Positions 1-9,257 of a DNA stretch of 19,062 nucleotides are shown one piece after another. Source of the stretch: Candidatus Zixiibacteriota bacterium (lineage in GTDB: Bacteria > Zixibacteria > MSB-5A5 > GN15 > FEB-12); NCBI GenBank assembly GCA_041742355.1, contig JBGSIV010000177.1:1-19062 (forward strand). Reading direction: 5' to 3'. How positions within the stretch are numbered: position 1 is the stretch's first letter; the number at the start of each line of letters is the position of its first letter. A model generated the notes under the pieces. It was not told where the DNA came from and did no database searches. It saw only the letters and a list, made by a program, of their open reading frames with translations. A program made the translations under genes and the position numbers.

Positions 1-1929
<1,929 letters not shown>

Positions 1930-2015
1930 ATCTCTATTCGTGTCTTAGGGTTTACCACAATTGTACACAATAACATATTCCCGTGTTCGGGGCAACCGGG
2001 TAATCCCGACCGGTC

Positions 2016-2738
2016 CTACCGCCGCCGCCCGAACACCCGCAGCAACATCAGGAACAGGTTGATGAAATCCAGGTACAACCGCAACGCCCCCATGATCGCT
2101 TCCTTGCGATCCTCATCGGTTCCGGCGTTGCCGATGATGTTCATCTCCTTGATCTTCTGCGTGTCGTACGCCGTCAGACCCACAAATATCAGGATCCCGG
2201 CATAGGTTACAACCCAGTAGAAAGTCTCGTTGTGCCAGAACAGGTTAACGAGAGAGGCGATAATCAGCCCGATCAGCGCCATAAACAGCAGGTTCCCCCA
2301 CGACGTCAAATCCCGCTTCGTGAAATAGCCGTAGGCGCTCATCACCCCGAATGTCCCGCCGGTGATGAGAAAGGTCGACGCAATCGACTCCTGTGTGTAG
2401 ATCCGAAACAGCAGCGAGAACGTTACCCCGGTCAGTGCCGCATAGGCGAAAAAAACCATCGTGGCGGTAGTGGCCGACATCTTCTGGATCCGTATTCCCA
2501 GCCACCCTACGAGCACGAGCTGGGCGATCAGGATTCCGAAAAAGACCAGGCGGTTGGCCGCCAGCCACTCAATCATGTAATCGTAACTTGCAATCGTCAT
2601 CGCCACCAGCGCCGTGGTCGCGAGCGCCATGCCCATCCAGCCGTACACCTTGACCATGAAACTGCGCTGTTCGGCTTCCACCATTGGCAGCGCATACGCA
2701 GGGACATTGGGGTTGGCGTTCATCATATTTCCGTTCAC
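2016..2738 (-). CDS. Bax inhibitor-1/YccA (TMBIM) family membrane protein
   Basis: About 7 hydrophobic segments, with FMVKVYGWM, YDTQKIK and C-terminal ALRLYLDFINLF motifs. GTG start preceded by GGAGG (2746-2750). Confidence 0.95.
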   Translation of the reverse strand: MNGNMMNANPNVPAYALPMVEAEQRSFMVKVYGWMGMALATTALVAMTIASYDYMIEWLAANRLVFFGILIAQLVLVGWLGIRIQKMSATTATMVFFAYAALTGVTFSLLFRIYTQESIASTFLITGGTFGVMSAYGYFTKRDLTSWGNLLFMALIGLIIASLVNLFWHNETFYWVVTYAGILIFVGLTAYDTQKIKEMNIIGNAGTDEDRKEAIMGALRLYLDFINLFLMLLRVFGRRR

Positions 2739-2777
2739 CGCAATTCCTCCTGGTTATAACCGCGACCGTCGTCCGCC

Positions 2778-2783
2778 ATTATA
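2778..2783 (-). promoter_or_regulatory. Candidate -10 box (TATAAT) for the BI-1/YccA gene
   Basis: Perfect TATAAT on the minus strand about 40 nt upstream of the start, in GC-rich DNA. No convincing -35 box. Confidence 0.45.
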
Positions 2784-2878
2784 CTCCGTTCGTTCGCTCG
2801 GTATTCAGCATAGACAGGCAGGGGAGAGGGCGCAAGTTAAAGAAGGATGAGGATCCGTGCCGCCGTCCGACCCGCGCC

Positions 2879-4153
2879 TCACCGAAAGTACGACATCACC
2901 AGGCTCTTCCATCTGAACAGATTGCGCGGATTGTCGCTCTCCGCCATGAACCGCCGCACCTGTTCCTGCAGGTACCGGCTCCGGGCGATCCGCTTGGACA
3001 CGTAGTCGTTGAGAAAGGCGTTCCCCAGCCACCGCTCAGCGATCTCATACCCCTCGTAGCGCGGCCGGAGAGCCTCCACCGCTCCACGGAACCGTCCCGG
3101 CGCCTCGATCCGCCCCGAACGCAGCATCTCATCGATCACCTCCGCCGCCAGCGCCCCGGTCTCCATCGCTTTGCCGATCCCCTCGCCGGTGAAGGGGTAG
3201 GTCGTGCCGATCGTCTCGCCGATCCCCAGGACATTCCCCACGCCGATCCATCCCTCCCGCTCGATTCCGCACCGCAGCGAGGCCCCCGCTACCGGCGAGA
3301 TCACCTCCGCCCCCTGCATGACCTCTCGCGCCGGTCCGAACGACTCCATGAACCGGCGCAGCGTCTTCTTCAGGCTGTGCTGCCCGTCCCGAATGTGGCG
3401 GTACGATGTCCCGCACCCCACGTTGTAGAGGTACCTGCCGCCCGCCTCCCTCCCCAGCGGAATCACCCAGCCGTAGCCGGGCAAAATCGACCGGTCGTAG
3501 GCAATGATCGTGTTCGCACGGCTCTCCGGTGAGCGCACGTAGCACCGCACCGCCACCGCGCTCGGCTCCGTCCGCGCCACCAGTCCCATTCTGTGCGCGA
3601 TATCGACCACGCCTCCCGTCGCCAGCACCACTATCCGCCCCCGCAGCGGCCGCGCCATATCCGAGAGCCGGATCTCCGCCGGCATCCTTCCCTCCGACGG
3701 CTCCACCGCCGTCACATTCCCCCATGCCGCGCACGCTCCGGCCTCGGTCGCGTACTTCAGCAGCTCGTAATCCAGCCGCTTTCGGCTCAATGTCAGGAAT
3801 TCGCCAGGTGCGTCGAACCGGTAACCCGATGGACTGGAAACCTCAATTGCGCGGGAATGATGCGCCATCGCAGCAATACGATCATACAGCCCCAGCCGCC
3901 GGAGCATGGCCAGTGCGTCGGGAACCAGCAAGTCTCCGCAGACCTTGTGCCGGGGGAACCGCTCCTTGTCCACCACCAGGACCGCATGCCCCTTCCCGGC
4001 CAGCAGCCGCGCACAGGTTGCCCCCGATGGCCCGCCACCGACAATGACGACATCCCACACCCGATCGGGGACATCTCCAGCGGTCATCTGCAACTGTGGT
4101 CCGACCGCTGCATTCGCCTGATTCTGATCCCGTTCATCCGGCCGATATGACAC
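2879..4153 (-). CDS. Geranylgeranyl reductase family FAD-dependent oxidoreductase
   Basis: DVVIVGGGPSG FAD-binding motif, FPRHKVCGD, PGYGWVIP and PFTGEGIGKAM. GTG start preceded by GAGGAG. Confidence 0.9.
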   Translation of the reverse strand: MSYRPDERDQNQANAAVGPQLQMTAGDVPDRVWDVVIVGGGPSGATCARLLAGKGHAVLVVDKERFPRHKVCGDLLVPDALAMLRRLGLYDRIAAMAHHSRAIEVSSPSGYRFDAPGEFLTLSRKRLDYELLKYATEAGACAAWGNVTAVEPSEGRMPAEIRLSDMARPLRGRIVVLATGGVVDIAHRMGLVARTEPSAVAVRCYVRSPESRANTIIAYDRSILPGYGWVIPLGREAGGRYLYNVGCGTSYRHIRDGQHSLKKTLRRFMESFGPAREVMQGAEVISPVAGASLRCGIEREGWIGVGNVLGIGETIGTTYPFTGEGIGKAMETGALAAEVIDEMLRSGRIEAPGRFRGAVEALRPRYEGYEIAERWLGNAFLNDYVSKRIARSRYLQEQVRRFMAESDNPRNLFRWKSLVMSYFR

Positions 4154-4187
4154 CGGTTCTTCTCCTCATATGTCTCCGGATTCTCGG

Positions 4188-4217
4188 ACAATACGCCCCC
4201 CGGACCCAAACCGTCAA
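4188..4217 (-). promoter_or_regulatory. Candidate sigma70 promoter of the reductase gene
   Basis: TTGACG-N18-TATTGT on the minus strand, 34 nt upstream of the start codon. Confidence 0.5.
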
Positions 4218-4307
4218 TGGTTTTGTCGGTGCGAAGTGTTACGCAGGCGCCGGGAGGATCCATAGCCCGTTCTTTGCTCCGCCCGATTATTCCGTTCACC
4301 AAATCGC

Positions 4308-4336
4308 TTGATGCATCCTCTTCCTTGGCATACATT
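4308..4336 (+). promoter_or_regulatory. Candidate sigma70 promoter of rsgA
   Basis: TTGATG-N17-TACATT, ending 11 nt before the ATG at 4348. Confidence 0.55.
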
Positions 4337-4347
4337 TAGAGCACCCT

Positions 4348-5253
4348 ATGGCGAATCAGCACAACGGCATCGTTATCGCGACCCGCGGCCGCTCCTTTGA
4401 GGTCCGTATTGAGGATGGCTCCCACCTGCTCTGCGAGGTGCGGCAGAAGGTCAAGTACACGGCCGAAGACGAGACCCCGGTGGCGGTTGGCGATGATGTC
4501 CTGATCACCATCGTGAACGCCCGAAGCGGCGCAATCGACGAAGTCCTCCCGCGCCGTACTGCGTTTATGCGCCCCCTCAAGGGTCAGGAAGCAAAAAAGC
4601 AGGTCATTGCCGCGAACCTCGATTCCCTCGGCGCGGTTGTTTCCATCAACACACCGCCGCTCAAGCCGGGCCTCATCGACCGCTTCCTCATCGCCGCCCG
4701 CATCGGCGAACTCACCCCGCTGATCATCATTAACAAGATCGACCTCGGCGAAGCGGACGAGATCGCCGGCATTGTCGATGCTTACCGCCAACTGAACCAC
4801 CAGGTCTTTCTCGTCTCCGCGCTCACCTATGAAGGCCTGGCGCCGCTGGAGGAAGCCCTGAAAGACCGTCGGACCCTTTTCGCCGGTCATTCCGGTGTCG
4901 GCAAATCAACCCTGCTCAACACCCTGATTCCGGGTCTCGATTTGAAGACCAAGCAGCTGTCGATCTCCACCCGGCGCGGACAACATACGACAACCAGCAT
5001 CGAGATGTACGAATTGCCCAACGGCGGTTTTGTGGTCGACTCTCCCGGCCTTAAGGTGTTGGGATTGTGGGAGGTAGATCGTGAAGACCTGCCCTACTAC
5101 TTTACTGAATTCGAACCGTACTCCGGCGACTGTCGCTTCCAGCCCTGCACCCACATCCACGAGCCCGATTGTGCCGTCAAAAAGGCGGTTCAAACCGGGG
5201 CCATCCACCCGGTCCGCTACCAGAACTATGTCGCTATCGCCGAATCGCTCTGA
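4348..5253 (+). CDS. rsgA: Ribosome small subunit-dependent GTPase A
   Basis: Circularly permuted GTPase motifs ([21 protein letters not shown]), N-terminal OB-fold VGD motif, and C-terminal Zn site [14 protein letters not shown]. Confidence 0.97.
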   Translation: MANQHNGIVIATRGRSFEVRIEDGSHLLCEVRQKVKYTAEDETPVAVGDDVLITIVNARSGAIDEVLPRRTAFMRPLKGQEAKKQVIAANLDSLGAVVSINTPPLKPGLIDRFLIAARIGELTPLIIINKIDLGEADEIAGIVDAYRQLNHQVFLVSALTYEGLAPLEEALKDRRTLFAGHSGVGKSTLLNTLIPGLDLKTKQLSISTRRGQHTTTSIEMYELPNGGFVVDSPGLKVLGLWEVDREDLPYYFTEFEPYSGDCRFQPCTHIHEPDCAVKKAVQTGAIHPVRYQNYVAIAESL

Positions 5254-5266
5254 ATTGGCGTACAAT

Positions 5267-5293
5267 TAACGAAAGCCCATTTCAGGCCGATAC
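5267..5293 (+). promoter_or_regulatory. Candidate sigma28-type promoter upstream of the MCE gene
   Basis: TAAC-N15-GCCGATAC versus the FliA/SigD consensus TAAA-N15-GCCGATAA. Confidence 0.35.
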
Positions 5294-5306
5294 TTAGAAA
5301 GATACT

Positions 5307-6209
5307 ATGGCATCGACGAATATAGAATTCCGCGTCGGATTGATCATCCTGATCGGCGTCATCGTGCTGGCCGCCTCGCTCTACTGGCTGCAGGGGTACA
5401 AGCTCGAACAGAACGCCCAGGTCATCGAGGTCATGTTCGACGATGTCGGCACCCTGTCGGTCGGCGACCGCGTCACCGTCTCCGGCGTCCACATGGGCAA
5501 GGTCGACAACTTCCGCCTGGTCGACGGCGGCGTTATGGTCAAACTCCTGCTGTACCGCGGGGTCGTCCTGCATGAGGACGCACGGTTCGTCATCCGCAAC
5601 ATGGGCGTCATGGGGGAACGCTTCATCGCCATATCTCCCGGCAACGCGCCCGCCCTTTTCGACCCGACCACGGTCGCCCGGGGCGAATACGACCTCGGCC
5701 TGCCCGACGTCATGGGAGAACTGGGGGAGATGGTCCAGGAGGTCCGCAACCTCGTCCTGTCAATCCGCCAGAACCTCGGCTCCGATTCCACCCTGATGGC
5801 CCTGAACAACACGGTGCAGAACCTCGAGAGTCTTTCCCAAGCCATGTCCACGTTTTTCAAATCGAATGAGAATCAACTCGACCGCTCGGTGGAGAACTTC
5901 TACGAGGCGGCCGACAAGCTCAACCGCATTCTGACCAACAACTCCGTCGGTATCGACTCCACGGTCGCCCGATTCGACCGTACCTCGGAGCGCCTCGAAC
6001 ACCTGACCCACCAGCTCGACACCCTGGCCACCGCGGCCCGGCAGTTCGCCGACAAGATCAACAACTCCGACGGCACCCTGCAGATGCTCATGGACGACCG
6101 GCGGCTGTATGATGATCTGCGCACCACGGCCGATAACATTGATGACCTGGTGAAGGACATCCGGGAGAACCCGCGCAAGTACATCAATCTGAAGGTGGAG
6201 ATCTTCTAA
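5307..6209 (+). CDS. MlaD/MCE family protein with helical C-terminal extension
   Basis: N-terminal TM helix (EFRVGLIILIG), MCE core (FDDVGTLSVGDRVTVSGVHMGKV; GVMGERFIAISPG), and a coiled-coil tail ending DIRENPRKY. Confidence 0.92.
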   Translation: MASTNIEFRVGLIILIGVIVLAASLYWLQGYKLEQNAQVIEVMFDDVGTLSVGDRVTVSGVHMGKVDNFRLVDGGVMVKLLLYRGVVLHEDARFVIRNMGVMGERFIAISPGNAPALFDPTTVARGEYDLGLPDVMGELGEMVQEVRNLVLSIRQNLGSDSTLMALNNTVQNLESLSQAMSTFFKSNENQLDRSVENFYEAADKLNRILTNNSVGIDSTVARFDRTSERLEHLTHQLDTLATAARQFADKINNSDGTLQMLMDDRRLYDDLRTTADNIDDLVKDIRENPRKYINLKVEIF

Positions 6210-6214
6210 CTCGC

Positions 6215-8380
6215 ATGAGCACCTACAAGCTGGCGATCGCGGTGCACAACCACCAACCGATCGGCAACTTCCAGGCAATATTCGATGAGGCCCACCGCCG
6301 CAGCTACCAGCCCTTCCTTGAGCTGGTGCGGCAGCACCCGGCCATCCGCCTGTCGTTGCACCAATCGGGCATCCTCTGGGAGTGGCAGAAGAAAGCCCAT
6401 CCGGAGTTCTTCCGCCTGGTCGGCGAACTGGTCGACCGCGGACAGGTCGAACTCCTCACCGGCGGATTCTACGAACCGATCCTCGTCGCTATTCCGGAGC
6501 GCGATGTCCTCGGCCAGATCGCCCGCCTCAGCGGCTACCTCAACGACCACTTCGAGACCACCCCGCAGGGCCTCTGGCTCGCCGAGCGCGTCTGGGAACC
6601 GCACCTGCCCCGGCCCCTTGCTCAAAGCGGCGTCCGGTACCTGCCGATCGACGACACCCACTTCCTCCAGGCTGGCTTCGAGGAATCCCAGCTCTCCGGC
6701 CCCTATGTCACCGAACACGAAGGCCACGCGATCACCCTGCTGCCGATCCGCAAACGCCTCCGCTACCTCGTGCCGTTCGGTGAACCGCAGGAAATCATCG
6801 ACTTCCTCAAGCGCGATGCCGACCGGCATCCCGACGGCCTCGCGGTCTACGCCGACGACGGCGAGAAGTTCGGCATCTGGCCCCACACGTTCGCCCACTG
6901 CTACGAGGAGGGCTGGCTCCAGCGCTTCTTCGAGGCCATCGAACAGAACCGCGACTGGCTCGAGGTCGTCCCGCTGGCCGATGCCGCCCGCCTCACTCCA
7001 CTCGGCCGGGCCTACCTGCCCAGCGCATCCTATGCCGAGATGAAGCAGTGGTCGATGCCCGCCCCGGCGATTCTCCAGTACGACCAGTTCGAATCCGGCC
7101 TCAAAGAGTCCGGCCAGTTCGACCGTTTCAGTCAGTTTGTCGGCGGCGGCCACTGGCGCGGCTTCCTGACCAAGTACGAAGAAGCGAACCTGCTGCACAA
7201 GAAGATGCTCGCCGTCTCGGCACAACTCGACAGCTTCCTCCGCGCTCACCCCGAACGCACTACCGAAGTGTCGGCCGCCCGCGACCGCCTCTACGCCGGG
7301 CAATGCAACTGCGGCTACTGGCACGGCATTTTCGGCGGCCTCTACCTGCCCCACATCCGGCAGGCGCTTTACTCGGCGTTGATTGAAGCTGAAGCGCTGA
7401 TCGACGACCTCTCCGGCGCCGACGGCGTCCGGATCGACTGCCGGGACTACGATGCCGACGGCTCCGATGAGGTCCTCGTCGACACGCAGGCCTTTTCGGC
7501 CGTCTTCCGCCCCCGGCACGGCGCGGCGCTTGTCCACCTCGGCCTGCGTCGCCATCACTTCGATGTCACCGATACGCTCACCCGACGACGCGAGGCCTAC
7601 CACCTGCAAGTCGATTCGGCCGTGGTCGGCTCCGGACGCAAACGCACCCGCACCATCCACGACCGCATCCTCGCCAAAGAACCGGGCCTCGGCCAGCTCC
7701 TGACCGACGACTGGTACCTGAAGCGCTGCTTCGTCGACCACTTCTTCACGAACGATGTCGACTTCGACCGCTTCCGCTCCAATCGCTTCGGTGAAGAAGG
7801 AGACTTCATCATCGAGCCGTTCGAGTACCGCGAAGGCCCCGATCCCGACGCCGTGACATTCGTGCGCAACGGCCACCTCTGGCGCCCCGGCGGCATTATT
7901 CCGCTCTGCCTGACCAAGCGATTCTCATTCGGTTCCTCCACGGACGAAATTCTCGTCAGCTACGAACTCGTCTGCCCCGAGGGATACTCCGCCAGTGTGC
8001 TCTTCGGCGTCGAAAACAACTTCAACTTTCAGGCCGGCCACGCTGAGGATCGGTTCGTCCTCATCGACGGCATCCGCCCCGATAACAGCTACCTCGACGG
8101 CTGCGGCGCCCACCTCACCGTCGAACGCGTCGCCCTGGTCGACCACTACCGCTGCCTCGGAGTCAGCCTCGTGTTCGACCGCCCCGCTGAGCTCTGGCGC
8201 CTTCCCCTCTGGACTGTCTCCCAATCCGACGGAGGTTTCGAACGGGTCTATCAGGGAACGACGCTGGTTTCGGTCTACCGGCTCAAGATCACGAGTGAGC
8301 CGGTTCGAATTACCCAGCGCCTTGCTGCAGGAGGCCTCGCGGCGATCGGTGTCGCGTCCGCCACCGTTCGCTCCGCGTAG
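6215..8380 (+). CDS. GH57 family alpha-amylase/4-alpha-glucanotransferase (DUF1925/DUF1926 architecture)
   Basis: HNHQP, GGFYEPIL, nucleophile motif WLAERVWEP, acid/base motif DDGEKFG, YWHGIFGGLYLPH, and C-terminal SQSDGGFERVYQG. Confidence 0.93.
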   Translation: MSTYKLAIAVHNHQPIGNFQAIFDEAHRRSYQPFLELVRQHPAIRLSLHQSGILWEWQKKAHPEFFRLVGELVDRGQVELLTGGFYEPILVAIPERDVLGQIARLSGYLNDHFETTPQGLWLAERVWEPHLPRPLAQSGVRYLPIDDTHFLQAGFEESQLSGPYVTEHEGHAITLLPIRKRLRYLVPFGEPQEIIDFLKRDADRHPDGLAVYADDGEKFGIWPHTFAHCYEEGWLQRFFEAIEQNRDWLEVVPLADAARLTPLGRAYLPSASYAEMKQWSMPAPAILQYDQFESGLKESGQFDRFSQFVGGGHWRGFLTKYEEANLLHKKMLAVSAQLDSFLRAHPERTTEVSAARDRLYAGQCNCGYWHGIFGGLYLPHIRQALYSALIEAEALIDDLSGADGVRIDCRDYDADGSDEVLVDTQAFSAVFRPRHGAALVHLGLRRHHFDVTDTLTRRREAYHLQVDSAVVGSGRKRTRTIHDRILAKEPGLGQLLTDDWYLKRCFVDHFFTNDVDFDRFRSNRFGEEGDFIIEPFEYREGPDPDAVTFVRNGHLWRPGGIIPLCLTKRFSFGSSTDEILVSYELVCPEGYSASVLFGVENNFNFQAGHAEDRFVLIDGIRPDNSYLDGCGAHLTVERVALVDHYRCLGVSLVFDRPAELWRLPLWTVSQSDGGFERVYQGTTLVSVYRLKITSEPVRITQRLAAGGLAAIGVASATVRSA

Positions 8381-8417
8381 CCCCGTGAATTGACTTTCCT
8401 TTTGATCCGCGGGGGCG

Positions 8418-8423
8418 TATTAT
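8418..8423 (+). promoter_or_regulatory. Candidate -10 box (TATTAT) of a leaderless cobB transcript
   Basis: TATTAT ends 6 nt before the ATG at 8430, and no Shine-Dalgarno sequence lies between them. Confidence 0.45.
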
Positions 8424-8429
8424 CCCCCC

Positions 8430-9182
8430 ATGGTCGATCAGGCTACTATCGGTGAAATCGTCACGGCCATGCACCGCAGCCGTCGCTGTGTCGTCCTGAC
8501 CGGCGCCGGCATCTCGGCCGAATCAGGCGTCCCGACCTTTCGCGGCAAAGAAGGGCTGTGGGGAAAATTCCGCCCGGAAGAACTCGCGACCATGGAAGCC
8601 TTTGTCGCCAACCCGGATATCGTCTGGGAATGGTACAACTGGCGCCGCACCATTATTGATTCGATTCGCCCCAACCCCGGTCACCACGCCCTGGTCGACA
8701 TGGAATCGCTCTTCGACCACTTCGTCCTGATAACCCAGAATGTCGATGGCCTGCACCGAATGGCCGGGTCCCGGGAGGTGCTGGAACTGCACGGTAACAT
8801 CAAGCGTAACAAGTGCCTGCGCTGCAACGAGCCCTTCCCGACTGACACCGATATCGACCCCGCCCATATCCCGACCTGCCCCCGGTGCGGGGGACAAATT
8901 CGTCCCGATGTCGTCTGGTTCGGGGAGATGCTCAACGAGGTCATTATCAATCGGGCCTTCAAGGAATCGGCCCGGGCCGATATCTTCTTCTCGGTGGGGA
9001 CCTCCGCCGTCGTGCATCCCGCTGCGTCGCTGCCCGTTGAAGCGAAACAGGCGGGAGCAATGCTGGTCGAGGTCAATATCGAGGAAACCCCCCTGTCGGA
9101 TTATGCCGACTTCCATATCCCGGCCGCTTCGGGCGAATTTCTTCCGCGGCTGGTCGAAGCGTATAAAGCGGCTGCAGTTTGA
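8430..9182 (+). CDS. cobB: NAD-dependent protein deacylase (class III sirtuin)
   Basis: GAGISAESGVPTFRG, ITQNVDGLH, ELHGN, Zn finger CxxC...CxxC, RPDVVWFGE, VGTS, and a YxxR motif (WYNWRR). Confidence 0.96.
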   Translation: MVDQATIGEIVTAMHRSRRCVVLTGAGISAESGVPTFRGKEGLWGKFRPEELATMEAFVANPDIVWEWYNWRRTIIDSIRPNPGHHALVDMESLFDHFVLITQNVDGLHRMAGSREVLELHGNIKRNKCLRCNEPFPTDTDIDPAHIPTCPRCGGQIRPDVVWFGEMLNEVIINRAFKESARADIFFSVGTSAVVHPAASLPVEAKQAGAMLVEVNIEETPLSDYADFHIPAASGEFLPRLVEAYKAAAV

Positions 9183-9257
9183 CCGGGGCCGAACAGGCGA
9201 TGTGGTTAAATGTATAAGAGACACGGCAATGCGCACCCAAAACAACCTGTGGTGAGA

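Noticed and set aside
6206..7876. 556-aa minus-strand ORF
   Set aside because: Antisense shadow of the GH57 gene.
8390..8395. TTGACT as the -35 box for cobB
   Set aside because: It is 22 nt from TATTAT, too far for sigma70.
9210..9257. Upstream ATG for the TPR protein
   Set aside because: It adds 16 residues ahead of a clean lipoprotein signal peptide. ATG 9258 fits better.
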